Assembly: GCA_049968235.1 (NCBI GenBank)
Contig: JBMFRC010000010.1
Location: 1 to 64,000, forward strand
Source: Candidatus Hydrogenedens sp.
GTDB taxonomy: Bacteria; Hydrogenedentota; Hydrogenedentia; Hydrogenedentales; Hydrogenedentaceae
DNA: 64,000 nt
Direction: 5' to 3'
Of this stretch, positions 20,965-31,751 are shown one piece after another. Numbering within the stretch: position 1 is the first letter of the stretch; the number at the start of each line of letters is the position of its first letter. Below the pieces are notes generated by a model, which was not told the origin of the DNA, made no database searches, and worked only from the letters and a program-made list of their open reading frames with translations. Made by a program: the position numbers and the translations under genes.

Positions 20965-22140
20965 ATGAACGCTGAATTAGTGATGATAGGAACAGAACTT
21001 TTATTAGGTCAAATTATAGATACAAATGCCAGTTATATGGGTTCAAAATTATCTGAAATTGGTGTGGATGTATATCGTAAAACAACTGTCGGTGATAATC
21101 AAAGCAGAATAGTTAATGTAATAAAAGAATCCCTCTCCCGATGTGATGTGATAATATGTAGTGGCGGTTTAGGTCCAACTGTAGATGATATGACGAGAGA
21201 AAGTATTGCAGAGGCAACAGGTAATGCTCTGGTTTATCATTCTGAATTATACGAAAAGATATTTGAAAGACTGGCAAAAAGAGGTATTAAAGTCTCTGAA
21301 AATAATAAAAAACAGGCTCTTCTTCCAGAAGGTTCTATCCCAATACATAATCCAGTTGGAACAGCACCGGGTTTTATAAAGGAATATAATTCTAAATATA
21401 TAATATGTTTACCGGGAGTTCCCTTTGAGTTAAAGCCAATGTTTGAAGAAACAGTTATTCCTTTTTTATGTCAGAAATTTAATATTCAAGATCGTCTATA
21501 TATAAGAGTATTAAAGGTTTATGGATTAGGAGAATCAAGAATCGATTATAAATTAGGGGAGTTGCTTTATTCCTCATCCCCTACAATAGGGTTACTTGCT
21601 TCACCGGAATGTGTTCGTATCCGTTTGGCAGTAAAAGGAAGTTCCGAAGAAGAAGCAAATCAAATATTGGATGAAATGGAAAACAAGATACATCAATGTT
21701 TACCGGGGTTAGTTCTATCAGGGGAAGATTATTCGTTAGAAAAGGCTTTAGACAAAGTGTTAACGGATATTAATAAACATATCACAATTATAGATGCACA
21801 AACAGCAGGTATGATTATTTACCGTTTAATACAATCTCGTTCGGAAAGGTTTATCTGTGGTGAAGTAGTTCCATCTATAAAATATGAGCAAGATTTAGAA
21901 AAATTATTTGATTTAAGGAAAGAATATCTGTTAAAATTTCCTTTTGCTTACAATTTAATAATATATCCTGACCTAAAGAACCGTACTACATGCGTTCGTT
22001 TGTCAGGAAATGAAACAGAAGAAATTTACTGGGAACTGCCCTTTTATGGGAAAGAAGAAAGGGACCGGGTAAGAATTTCAGTGATTTCTCTGGAACGAAT
22101 TCGGAGAAAGTTGCTTAATATTGAGTTTAGAGACAATTGA
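20965..22140 (+). CDS. cinA: CinA-family competence/damage-inducible protein (MoCF-biosynthesis-like N-domain)
   Basis: The N-terminus (ELVMIGTELLLGQIIDTNASYM...CSGGLGPTVDDMT) is the classic CinA/MogA-like fold. The C-terminal half is divergent from PncC. Confidence 0.7.
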   Translation: MNAELVMIGTELLLGQIIDTNASYMGSKLSEIGVDVYRKTTVGDNQSRIVNVIKESLSRCDVIICSGGLGPTVDDMTRESIAEATGNALVYHSELYEKIFERLAKRGIKVSENNKKQALLPEGSIPIHNPVGTAPGFIKEYNSKYIICLPGVPFELKPMFEETVIPFLCQKFNIQDRLYIRVLKVYGLGESRIDYKLGELLYSSSPTIGLLASPECVRIRLAVKGSSEEEANQILDEMENKIHQCLPGLVLSGEDYSLEKALDKVLTDINKHITIIDAQTAGMIIYRLIQSRSERFICGEVVPSIKYEQDLEKLFDLRKEYLLKFPFAYNLIIYPDLKNRTTCVRLSGNETEEIYWELPFYGKEERDRVRISVISLERIRRKLLNIEFRDN

Positions 22141-22183
22141 ATAGAAAACCCGGAATAACTCCAAAAAGAAGGAGTAATAGACT

Positions 22184-22558
22184 ATGTTCCCGATGTTAGC
22201 AATATTATTACTTTCAGTTCAACCTATACAGCCTTGCATTGAGGGAATAGCTTCATATTATACTAGTGTACAGACAGGCTTCTTAACTGCTTCGGGTGAA
22301 TCTCTAAAAGACCATGAATATACCTGTGCGATGCCTTTTGGAACTTTTGGCGATTATTACCTTGTTGTTAATGAAATTAGAGGGAAATCTGTAATTTGTA
22401 GGTTAAATGACCGTGGTCCTTATATTAAAGGGCGAGTTATAGACCTTTCCTATTCCGCAATGAAAGCATTAGACCGCAGGAAAGGTTTAATAAAGGTAAA
22501 AGTTTATCATTTAGGGAAAGGACCCTATATAACAGGTCCTGTAAAATTAGTTCGATAA
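22184..22558 (+). CDS. RlpA-like double-psi beta-barrel (DPBB) protein
   Basis: GIASYYTS...ASGE...TCAMP...G..V.V.N..NGKSVICRLNDRGPY..GRVIDLS..A matches the RlpA/DPBB fold. 124 aa with a hydrophobic N-terminus. Confidence 0.7.
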   Translation: MFPMLAILLLSVQPIQPCIEGIASYYTSVQTGFLTASGESLKDHEYTCAMPFGTFGDYYLVVNEIRGKSVICRLNDRGPYIKGRVIDLSYSAMKALDRRKGLIKVKVYHLGKGPYITGPVKLVR

Positions 22559-22566
22559 CTATTTTT

Positions 22567-25500
22567 TTAATTTAATGGTTCTAAGAATAATCCTACGGGG
22601 ATATCATCAATAGTGATTTGTTTCATATCGGATATTTCAGTATCCGAAATATTAATAGTGTTTGCCAGCACTTCCTTTGCCAGCATATCTTTATATTCGG
22701 AGAAAGTATTTTGTAGAGAGTTATCGTTTGTTACCAGTGTTAAAAAGATCCTTTTATCGTAGGGAAGTTGTTTCGATTTGCGAAGTTCCTGTATTTCTCT
22801 GATTACGTCGCGTATCCATCCTTCTTTCTTTAGTTCCTCTGTAATTGTAGTTGTTAAAATAACCACCATATTTTTCCCTTGAGATGCTGTAAAACCTTCT
22901 TTGGGGATAAGTTTTACGCTCAAATCCTCTTCTTTAAGAGATACTCTCTCCCCTTCTATATCCAGCATATATTCACCATTTGTAGTAATATCATGATATA
23001 TTTTGGCTCCATTAGCAGATGCTAAAGCGTTGGCTAATGATTTTACTTTTTTTCCTAACTTAGGTCCTAAAAGTTTATAATTAGGTTTTATCTCATAATT
23101 CACATAAAGTTCCGGCTGGTTTGAAAACTCAATTTCTTTAATATTTAGCTCTTCTTTTATGATTTCTATGTAAGAAATGACCTTATCTTTTAGTTCTGGA
23201 GATGATAAAATTATTTCACATTTTGCCAGGGGTTGACGAACCTTGATGTTAGACAAACGACGGGCACTTAACCCCAGAGTTACTGCTTCTCTTGCAAGAG
23301 CCATATTTTCGAGCAGAACATTATCTATTTCATCTGGGTTAGCAGTTGGATATGTAGACAAATGAACACTTTCTGTAGCCGTTTTTAGAGGCTTTGTAAG
23401 ATTTTTCCATGTAATTTCCGAAAAGAAAGGAACAAAAGGTGCTGAAATTCGTGCGAGATTAATAAGACATTCAAATAATGTCCAGTATGCGTCTGCTTTT
23501 TGTTCTGTCCACACACTATCCCAGAAACGAGGACGACTTCTGCGAACATACCAGTTTGATAAACCTTCCAGAAAGTCAAAAATAGCCTTTGCAGATGGGT
23601 AGGTTTCATACTGGTCGAGTGAATTTCGAACCTGAATAATGGTTTTGTTCATTTCGTTTAGTATCCAGCGGTCTAATTCACAGCGTTCATTCCATTGCCG
23701 ATATGCCTTCACCGGGTCAGTTGGAGAACTTACGAATTCTTCCTTAACCTCGTTGGGATTGGATGATACATCCTGAAGTAACTTTAAGGGTGCTCCTTCC
23801 GCTGTAAAACCATCCAAATTAGCATATATTGTGAAAAAACTGTATACATTATACCAACGTATTAAGAGGTCGCTCTGAAGTTCTTCAATAAGTTTTTCCT
23901 GAAATCTTGTTGTAGTAGTGGGAGAATTTTTTGCAACGAAACTCCATCGTAAAGCATCTGCACTATATTTATCAAAAACATATTTTGGCTCTTTATAATT
24001 TTTTAGTCTTTTTGACAATTTATACCCATCTTCGCCCTGAATATGTCCTAAACATACACAATTTTTGAATGGATGTGGATATTCTTTCTTATCTCCAAAA
24101 AGTATGGTACTAATTGCTAAAAGTGCATAAAACCAACCTCTTGTTTGGTCTATCGCTTCACTGATAAAATCTGCAGGAAAATTCTCAAGAAATATTTTTT
24201 CTGAATCTTCTTTATGGGGATATCCCCATTGAGCAAAAGGCATACATCCCGCATCAAACCAGCAATCAATAACTTCGGGTACCCTTCTCATACGTGAATT
24301 TGGGTCCTTGGGACTTTGATATGTAATAGCATCTATATAAGGTTTATGAACCTTTAAGTTTTCGTTTAATTCTGGATTTGCTTTTTTAGCATTTTCCCAT
24401 ACATCCATGCCTTGCACATCAGGTTTTGAAAGTAGTTCTTCATAGGATGAGATACATTCCATATAACCTGTTTTTTCGCAAACCCAGATTGGTAATGGTG
24501 TCCCCCAGAATCTTTCACGAGATAATGCCCAGTCAACATTTGTTGCAAGGAAATTCCCAAAACGACCATCCCGAATATGTTCCGGTTGCCATGATATTTT
24601 CTGGTTATTTTTCAGAAATTCATTTATAAATTCTGATGTTTTGATGAACCAACTCTGTCGTGCGTATTGAATAAGCGGGTCATTATCTGCACGGGGGCAG
24701 AAAGGGTAAGCATGGCGGAACTGTTCTTGTTTTAAGAGATGTCCTCGCTCTTTCAATATTCGGATAATTGATTTATCGGCGTCTTTACAAAACTTTCCTC
24801 TTAAAGGTTCACCTGTATATAAATCTTTCTCTGTAACTCTTTCGTCAAATGTGCCATCCGATTTAACAAAACAAAGAAAACCTATCCCCAGTTCTTTACA
24901 TACTTTGTAGTCATCCTCACCGAAAGCAGGTGCGATATGAACCAGACCGGTACCTGTTTCTATGTCTACAAAATCACCGGCTATAATAACCCAATATTTA
25001 TCAGAGGGTCCTGTCCCTTCAATTTTTTGAGGGGTATCATACTTAAATAGGGGTTCATAAGTTAAACCGACCAATTCTATTCCGCTAAAAGTCTTTTCGA
25101 TTTTAATTTTTTCGCCCAATACCGATTTTGCCACGGCGCTTGCAATTATGAACCATTCTTTATTGCCATCCTTTTCCATCTCTACCAGTGCGTATTCAAT
25201 ATGAGGACCCACACAGATAGCACAGTTACTTAATAGTGTCCATGGGGTAGTCGTCCATATCAGAAAACTTACTTTATCATTTTCGGTAAACCCCATCTTT
25301 TCTTTACTTTCTTTTGTGAGTGATATACGAACTGTTATAGATGGGTCATCTGTTTCCCTATAGCCCTCACCTACTTCGCCGGCGGATAAAGCGGTACCAC
25401 CCTGTGCCCACCACCAAACTACTTTATATCCTCGATAAAGCAATCCCCTATCGAAAAGTTGTTTTAATGCCCACCACACACTTTCAACATAAGATTGATG

Positions 25501-25977
25501 ATATGTTACATACGCCTGTTCAAGGTCTACCCAAAAACCAATTCGCTCGGTCATTTCTTCCCATTCTTTCTGGTAACGGAAAACAGAATCAATACAGGCT
25601 TTGTTAAATGCTTCTATTCCGTATGCTTCTATTGCAGATTTACCACCGTCTATAATTCCCAATGTTTTACATACTTCAATTTCCACAGGAAGACCGTGAG
25701 TATCCCAGCCTGCTTTTCTTTCACAATAATAACCATCCATTGTTTTATATCGTGGGAAAATATCTTTTATAGTTCTTGTGAGGCAATGACCCGGATGAGG
25801 CAAACCATTTGCGGTTGGAGGACCTTCATAGAATACAAATTTTGGGGCATTTTTTCTCTGCTCTAAACTTTTATGATATATCTTCTTTTCTTTCCAAAAC
25901 TTAATGATTTCTTGTTCTGCCTGAGCAAAATTAAATTGCGATGAAGGAACTACATCATCAAACACTTTCTTTTTCAT
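22567..25977 (-). CDS. ileS: Isoleucine--tRNA ligase, type 2 (eukaryote/archaeal-like long form)
   Basis: 1136 aa. HIGH motif region (PPTANGLPHPGHCL), KMSKS (GYKLSKRLKN), editing domain, and the extended C-terminus typical of type-2 IleS. Confidence 0.95.
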   Translation of the reverse strand: MKKKVFDDVVPSSQFNFAQAEQEIIKFWKEKKIYHKSLEQRKNAPKFVFYEGPPTANGLPHPGHCLTRTIKDIFPRYKTMDGYYCERKAGWDTHGLPVEIEVCKTLGIIDGGKSAIEAYGIEAFNKACIDSVFRYQKEWEEMTERIGFWVDLEQAYVTYHQSYVESVWWALKQLFDRGLLYRGYKVVWWWAQGGTALSAGEVGEGYRETDDPSITVRISLTKESKEKMGFTENDKVSFLIWTTTPWTLLSNCAICVGPHIEYALVEMEKDGNKEWFIIASAVAKSVLGEKIKIEKTFSGIELVGLTYEPLFKYDTPQKIEGTGPSDKYWVIIAGDFVDIETGTGLVHIAPAFGEDDYKVCKELGIGFLCFVKSDGTFDERVTEKDLYTGEPLRGKFCKDADKSIIRILKERGHLLKQEQFRHAYPFCPRADNDPLIQYARQSWFIKTSEFINEFLKNNQKISWQPEHIRDGRFGNFLATNVDWALSRERFWGTPLPIWVCEKTGYMECISSYEELLSKPDVQGMDVWENAKKANPELNENLKVHKPYIDAITYQSPKDPNSRMRRVPEVIDCWFDAGCMPFAQWGYPHKEDSEKIFLENFPADFISEAIDQTRGWFYALLAISTILFGDKKEYPHPFKNCVCLGHIQGEDGYKLSKRLKNYKEPKYVFDKYSADALRWSFVAKNSPTTTTRFQEKLIEELQSDLLIRWYNVYSFFTIYANLDGFTAEGAPLKLLQDVSSNPNEVKEEFVSSPTDPVKAYRQWNERCELDRWILNEMNKTIIQVRNSLDQYETYPSAKAIFDFLEGLSNWYVRRSRPRFWDSVWTEQKADAYWTLFECLINLARISAPFVPFFSEITWKNLTKPLKTATESVHLSTYPTANPDEIDNVLLENMALAREAVTLGLSARRLSNIKVRQPLAKCEIILSSPELKDKVISYIEIIKEELNIKEIEFSNQPELYVNYEIKPNYKLLGPKLGKKVKSLANALASANGAKIYHDITTNGEYMLDIEGERVSLKEEDLSVKLIPKEGFTASQGKNMVVILTTTITEELKKEGWIRDVIREIQELRKSKQLPYDKRIFLTLVTNDNSLQNTFSEYKDMLAKEVLANTINISDTEISDMKQITIDDIPVGLFLEPLN

Positions 25978-26082
25978 GTTTACACTCCGAAAAAAACAAA
26001 AATATTCTGTTTTTTAATTAGTTATGGGGACAAAAATGAATGGTAGATATAATAGCAAAAATAAAACAATAATATCTATAAC

Positions 26083-27789
26083 TCAATGTTTTTCAGTCAT
26101 AGTTCGCCATTCACTTTGATATTTTTCATAAAGACCAAATACTTCTATAGGAATTTGCTTTTTTATGTATTCGATATCTGGTAATTCTGGGTCTAAAAAT
26201 ATGGCAGTATCGAGATAGCATACAGCAGGTTTCCATAATTTCTTATCAATGAAATATTTCGTTTCTTTTAAAAATATTTTTGCTAATGCTTTTTTACTAT
26301 CCTGATTTTCAAATCTATTAATATTTGTTAAATTATATTTCTTGATAATCGGCATAATTTCGTTTTTCAATGTTTCGGGGTTTATAAAATCTTTATCTCC
26401 CCAGAGGTCAGTCCAATATAATCTTCCATCATAGCCTGAAGATAATGCATACCATCCCAAATTTTTCCATCGTGCAATTTGATGCCATTCCCGGTTTAAT
26501 TTTACAGGAGATAAAATAAGGATAAAGAAAAGAATAAGTGCAATTATTAGAAGAAATATACGCATATATTTGTTTGTAATATATTTTTCAAAAGGATTTT
26601 CTGTGTTTTTTACATAGAAATTAAACAAACCGATGACAGAACACCAGAATAAACATCCTGTTGTGATATATCGTGATGATAAAGCCTGTCCCAACCCGAG
26701 ACCAGACCTTCCCCATGCAAGTAAAATACCACTAAATATAACAAATAGAGAAAGACTTTTCCAGAAGTAATATTCATCCGCTTTTGAATTTAGGATTCTT
26801 TTTTTTAGTAATATTTGTTTATCTTTTTCAAATTTACATACCTGTATATTATCGATAATAATGTCTTTTGATTTATAAAGGAGTGCTATCCATAAGACAA
26901 GTCCTATTATTCCAAATAGATAGAATATTAGATTTATGTCAGGTAGTTTGTTCCCGTGCCACGGGGGAGTAAATATAAATCCAGATAAGGGGCTACCTAT
27001 ATATAGAATGAAATATAAAAATTTATGCGTTAATCCCGTATCTGTATTGGTTTGTGAAATAGAAGGTGTGTGATAGTTTGTAAAGTAGAATATTAAAACA
27101 GTTGTCGCACAAAGGACCCAAATAAGAATGTGCATGAAATTTTTTCTTGTTTTTGAAACTTTATAAATTAATAGAGGTAAAGAAATAAACCATATTAATA
27201 ATCCGTTTGCAAAAGAATAAGAGGCTAATGTTGTCAATATGACACAAATAGATAATGTTAAAATGTTTATTTGATATTTCTGCATAATAAATAAGACAAA
27301 AATACAGAGCAAATTTGTGAGAAACATCGTTAGTTGTAATCCCCAAACCCAGTTTTCCATTTGTGACCAGGAAAAAAGCAATAGAGAGATATAAAAAATA
27401 GGAAGAACTTTTATTTTTTCATTTTTAAATTTTTCTAATTTTTCATAATCTGTATGTTCTTTGTTGCTGGAGATAGTTATAGCTGCAAGAATTATAAATT
27501 GAGCGATTACAAATATAAGACTGCAATAAAGAATAGACAATTCATTCCAGGAAGTTATTTTGGCTAACCCCAGAGTAATTATTCTTGGAAGGAAAGGTCT
27601 GTGATTATTTTGTAAAAAGAATAAATCCGTTAAAGAAAGTGTTCCCCGACTTAATTTATCGTATAAGGGGATATATAATACTTCATCCCAATACGGGAAA
27701 CGATATCCATATTTATATATGAGAACAATGGTCGTAATTATCGGGAATATTGATATGAGTAAATAAATAATATATTTCGTATATTTCAT
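26083..27789 (-). CDS. Large polytopic membrane protein, possibly a GT-C-fold glycosyltransferase-like protein (function unknown)
   Basis: 568 aa with at least 10 predicted TM helices, followed by a soluble C-terminal segment of about 130 aa. No diagnostic catalytic motif recognised. Confidence 0.35.
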   Translation of the reverse strand: MKYTKYIIYLLISIFPIITTIVLIYKYGYRFPYWDEVLYIPLYDKLSRGTLSLTDLFFLQNNHRPFLPRIITLGLAKITSWNELSILYCSLIFVIAQFIILAAITISSNKEHTDYEKLEKFKNEKIKVLPIFYISLLLFSWSQMENWVWGLQLTMFLTNLLCIFVLFIMQKYQINILTLSICVILTTLASYSFANGLLIWFISLPLLIYKVSKTRKNFMHILIWVLCATTVLIFYFTNYHTPSISQTNTDTGLTHKFLYFILYIGSPLSGFIFTPPWHGNKLPDINLIFYLFGIIGLVLWIALLYKSKDIIIDNIQVCKFEKDKQILLKKRILNSKADEYYFWKSLSLFVIFSGILLAWGRSGLGLGQALSSRYITTGCLFWCSVIGLFNFYVKNTENPFEKYITNKYMRIFLLIIALILFFILILSPVKLNREWHQIARWKNLGWYALSSGYDGRLYWTDLWGDKDFINPETLKNEIMPIIKKYNLTNINRFENQDSKKALAKIFLKETKYFIDKKLWKPAVCYLDTAIFLDPELPDIEYIKKQIPIEVFGLYEKYQSEWRTMTEKH

Positions 27790-27958
27790 ATAGCAACCTC
27801 ATTTATTTGTATATTTTATTCATAGGTTTTTATTTACCGATTATAAATGTGTAATGAATAAAAATTCCATCGTTTGAACTATTTTTTAATCCTTTGGTAT
27901 TATTTTGCGTTAAAATATAATAAGATAGAATAAAAATACATAAAGGAGTGATAAATCA

Positions 27959-28534
27959 ATGAATATAAAAATCACAGGTAGGCACATGGAAATGTCTGAT
28001 GCATTGAGAAGTTATATTGAAAATGCACTTCATAAGTTAACCAACCATTTTGATAAGATTATAAATGCGGATGTAGTGCTGGATGTAGAAAAACATAGAC
28101 ACATTTGTGAAATAAATATAAATGCAAATGGTATGCGGATACATAGTAAAGAAATATCTAATGATATGTATGCATCCGTTGATTCAGTTATAGAGAAATT
28201 AGACCGACAGATTCGTAAATTTAAGGATAAAATAAAGAATCACAAACCGCGTAGTTATGAAGAAACACGGAAATATAAACATGTGATACTTGAAGTGAAG
28301 GATGAAACTGAAAAGAAAGAAGGCGTTCAAGAAGAGGAAGTGCCAGTAGTTCCTCATGAGATTTTACATAGAGAACAAATCGCGTTAAAGCCTATGTCTG
28401 TTGATGAGGCATTGATGCAAATACAACTTTTAGAGGAACCTTTCCTTGTATTTATCAATGTAGAAACTTCACAAGTAAATGTATTATATCCAAGAGGTAA
28501 TAACACTTATGGATTAATTGAACCACAATTTTAG
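27959..28534 (+). CDS. hpf: Ribosome hibernation promoting factor, long form (HPF / sigma-54 modulation protein family)
   Basis: MNIKITGRHMEMSDALRSYIENALHKL is the canonical RaiA/HPF N-terminus. 191 aa with the C-terminal dimerisation extension of long HPF. Confidence 0.85.
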   Translation: MNIKITGRHMEMSDALRSYIENALHKLTNHFDKIINADVVLDVEKHRHICEININANGMRIHSKEISNDMYASVDSVIEKLDRQIRKFKDKIKNHKPRSYEETRKYKHVILEVKDETEKKEGVQEEEVPVVPHEILHREQIALKPMSVDEALMQIQLLEEPFLVFINVETSQVNVLYPRGNNTYGLIEPQF

Positions 28535-28604
28535 GTATATTTGTAATATAATAATAAAAATTAATAATATTAGGAATAGTTCTCTCAATTAGTGAGATTA
28601 GTGA

Positions 28605-29579
28605 ATGTGGGAATATGATTTACAAATGAATTTTAGAAAAAGAGGGTCTATTCCTGTAGCCTCACTTTTTAAGGAATCTATTTCATCTGAATTGGGGTTG
28701 AAAATCATAGCAGGGTTTCAAGGTATTCGCAGGGAGGTATTTACTGCAGATGTAAATCGTCCCGGTTTGGCTTTAACAGGTTATTTAGAATATTTTGCGA
28801 ATGACAGAATTCAGGTTTTGGGGAATACAGAAATACATTACATTGAACGATTATCCCCTGCGGAACTTGAAAATCGGTTGCAATACATGTTTTCTTTTGA
28901 AATTCCTGCATTTCTTCTATCTCGTTCCTTAGTTCCACCCCAAATATTTTTAGATATTTGTAATCGTCATGGGGTACCTGTATTACAATCAAACCTTACA
29001 ACAGACCAGGTAATTAGTAAAACAATTTTATTTCTTGCAGAAAAATTTGCACCGGAAACGACTATACATGGGACCGTAGTAGATTGTTATGGTATTGGTG
29101 TAATCATTGTCGGTGAGTCGGGAATAGGTAAAAGTGAAACCGCTCTCGAACTTGTGGAAAGAGGGCATCGTCTTGTGGTTGATGATGTAGTTCGTTTAAG
29201 AAAAGGTATAGAGGATATTGTAATTGCTGAAAGCGACCCCCAGTTAGAACATTATATGCATATTCGAGGTATTGGTGTAGTAGATGTTTTATCTGTTTAC
29301 GGTGCGGGTAGAATTCGTAGAAGAAAACAGGTTGGGTTGATTATCGAACTTGTTGAAAAGATGGAAGATTATCACATTATTTTAGATGTCTGGCCTGAAA
29401 AAGAGGTATTAAATGTAAAAGTTCCCTATTTGAAAGTTCCTGTAGGACCGGGACGAAATTTAGCCGTTATAGTGGAAGCAGCTGCGTTAAAATGTCGTAT
29501 GAGAGAATTAGGAATAGATATAGACCAGAAATTTTCGGAGCGTTCTAAACAAGCCACCACCCATTATCCACTAACATGA
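28605..29579 (+). CDS. hprK: HPr kinase/phosphorylase
   Basis: P-loop GESGIGKSETALELVERGHRLVVDDVV and the HprK signature region HIRGIGVVDVLSVYGAG. 324 aa. Confidence 0.85.
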   Translation: MWEYDLQMNFRKRGSIPVASLFKESISSELGLKIIAGFQGIRREVFTADVNRPGLALTGYLEYFANDRIQVLGNTEIHYIERLSPAELENRLQYMFSFEIPAFLLSRSLVPPQIFLDICNRHGVPVLQSNLTTDQVISKTILFLAEKFAPETTIHGTVVDCYGIGVIIVGESGIGKSETALELVERGHRLVVDDVVRLRKGIEDIVIAESDPQLEHYMHIRGIGVVDVLSVYGAGRIRRRKQVGLIIELVEKMEDYHIILDVWPEKEVLNVKVPYLKVPVGPGRNLAVIVEAAALKCRMRELGIDIDQKFSERSKQATTHYPLT

Positions 29580-29594
29580 TAGGAAGTAGTATCC

Positions 29595-31745
29595 ATGAAT
29601 CCATTGAATCTAATTTTTGCATTACATTCACATCAACCTGTAGGGAATTTTAATTTTGTTTTTGAAGAAGCCTATCAAAAGGCTTATTCACCTTTTCTTG
29701 AAGTGCTGAAAGATTTTCGGGATATTCATATTACTTTACATATAACGGGACCTATCTGGGATTGGCTGGATAATAATCACCCGGAATTCTATGATTTAGT
29801 TGGATATTTTGTAGAAAATGGGCAGATTGAATTGATGGGAGGTGCTTTTTATGAACCTTTAATCTGTGCTATTCCTGAGGAAGACGCACTTAATCAGATT
29901 TTATATATGCAGAAGTTTTTTTATGAACGATTTGGTAAAAAAACAAGAGGTATGTGGATAGCAGAAAGGGTTTGGGAACCTTATTTCCCTAAGATATTAG
30001 CCCAGGCAGGTATAGAATATACAGCACTTGACGATACCCATTTTCTATGTGCCGGGTTAGAACCCAATGACATGTTTGGTTATTATCTAACTGAACATGA
30101 AGGTTTTATCGTAAAAGTTTTCCCTATCCTTGAAAAATTAAGATATACAATTCCTTTCCGGCCTATTGTAGAAACCATAGATTACTTAAAAGAAAAATCA
30201 AAACTACATAAAAATGCCTGTGCTGTGTTTCATGATGATGGTGAAAAATTTGGTATCTGGCCTGGAACATACCATAGTGTTTATGAAGAAAAATGGTTAT
30301 ATAATTTTTTTGAAACTGTTACTAATGAAAAAAAATGGTTAAAGGCTATTAGTTATTCTGAATATATAGACAATAATCCTCCTATAGGGAGGGTATATCT
30401 GCCATGTGCTTCGTATCATGAAATGATGGAATGGGTTTTACCCACTAAATCGCAAAAAGAATACATGAAAATAAAGAAAGATTTTCAAAGTAATGCAGAA
30501 CTTTGGGAAAAGACTTCGCGTTATTTTAGAGGTGGTTTTTGGAGAGGTTTCCTATCCAAATATGAAGAATCCAATAACATGCAGAAACGAATGTTAAGGA
30601 CAAGTCGCAGATTAACTGAATTAATAAACAAAGACCAGGGAAATGTTTTATTAAAAGAGGCACAAAGAAAATTATTTCAAGGACAATGTAATTGTGCGTA
30701 TTGGCATGGAGTATTTGGCGGTTTATACCTGAATCATTTAAGAACTGCTGTGTATAGTAATCTAATTGAAAGTGATAAATTAATTGATAAATATCTAAAT
30801 ATTTCTTCTAATTCTTATTCTATTACAACGACAGATTTTAATTGCGATGGGAAAAAAGAAATAATTTTTGAAACGTCTGTAGCCAGTTTTTATTTCAGTC
30901 CTGAGGACGGTGGAACATTATTTGAAATGGATTACAAGCCTAAATCTTTTAATTGTATGAACACCCTTTCTCGAAGAGAGGAGGCTTATCATGAAGACCT
31001 TTCCCGTATGGATATATCTCATGATATAGAAGAAGAAGGACATAAAAGTATTCATGAATTAATAAAAGCAAAAGAAAAAGGTTTAGAAAAGTATTTAATC
31101 TATGATTCATACATACGAAGTTCTATGAGGGACCATTTTTTGCCATTAAATATATCAATAGAAGATTTACGAAAAAACAATTATACGGAATGGTGGTCGT
31201 TGAATAAGGGTATTTATACATATCAATACGACGGTTCAGAGATTTCTTTTTTAGGTGAAGGAAATGTTGCAATAGGTGATTTAAAATGGAATGTTGATGT
31301 GAAAAAGGTATTTGTTCCTTCTTTACAAAAATATGAAAATGATATGTTGTTTGATGTAAAATATTGCATTAAGAACAATTCTCATGGAGAATTTGAAGGA
31401 TATTTTGGTTCGGAGTGGTGTTTTAATCTCCTAACAGGTTCTGCGGATGACCGGTTTCTGTATTCCAGAGATAAAGTTCTCTCTATGCGAAAATTGGGAG
31501 ATATAGGAGATGAAACAGGGTTAAGCCATATTTCAATTAGAGACGAATGGCAAGGTTTGGAAATAGAGTTTCTTTTTGACAACGAAGCAAGAGTTTTTAA
31601 TTTCCCGATAGAAACGGTAAGTCAATCGGAAAATGGTCAGGAAAGAGTATATCAAGGGAACGTATTAATTCCTTGTTGGAAAAAAGTATTTTATCCCGGT
31701 TCTACTATTGAGATAAATATAAGATTAACGGTTAAATCGGTATAA
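29595..31745 (+). CDS. Glycoside hydrolase family 57 protein (alpha-glucan-active: amylase / 4-alpha-glucanotransferase / branching-enzyme-like)
   Basis: N-terminal GH57 hallmark LHSHQP (FALHSHQPVGNF) and a GH57 catalytic region (WIAERVWEP). 716 aa with a long C-terminal extension. Confidence 0.75.
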   Translation: MNPLNLIFALHSHQPVGNFNFVFEEAYQKAYSPFLEVLKDFRDIHITLHITGPIWDWLDNNHPEFYDLVGYFVENGQIELMGGAFYEPLICAIPEEDALNQILYMQKFFYERFGKKTRGMWIAERVWEPYFPKILAQAGIEYTALDDTHFLCAGLEPNDMFGYYLTEHEGFIVKVFPILEKLRYTIPFRPIVETIDYLKEKSKLHKNACAVFHDDGEKFGIWPGTYHSVYEEKWLYNFFETVTNEKKWLKAISYSEYIDNNPPIGRVYLPCASYHEMMEWVLPTKSQKEYMKIKKDFQSNAELWEKTSRYFRGGFWRGFLSKYEESNNMQKRMLRTSRRLTELINKDQGNVLLKEAQRKLFQGQCNCAYWHGVFGGLYLNHLRTAVYSNLIESDKLIDKYLNISSNSYSITTTDFNCDGKKEIIFETSVASFYFSPEDGGTLFEMDYKPKSFNCMNTLSRREEAYHEDLSRMDISHDIEEEGHKSIHELIKAKEKGLEKYLIYDSYIRSSMRDHFLPLNISIEDLRKNNYTEWWSLNKGIYTYQYDGSEISFLGEGNVAIGDLKWNVDVKKVFVPSLQKYENDMLFDVKYCIKNNSHGEFEGYFGSEWCFNLLTGSADDRFLYSRDKVLSMRKLGDIGDETGLSHISIRDEWQGLEIEFLFDNEARVFNFPIETVSQSENGQERVYQGNVLIPCWKKVFYPGSTIEINIRLTVKSV

Positions 31746-31751
31746 TCAAAT

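Noticed and set aside
25978-26082. Possible T-box riboswitch leader upstream of ileS
   Set aside because: Only about 105 nt lie between the ileS start and the upstream gene. That is too short for a T-box leader of over 200 nt, and no specifier-loop or T-box consensus sequence was seen.
27895-27909. Sigma-54-like element TGGTAT-TATT-TTGC upstream of hpf
   Set aside because: The spacer is one nucleotide short (4 instead of 5) and the -24 box is degenerate (TGGTAT). It is likely a chance occurrence in AT-rich DNA.
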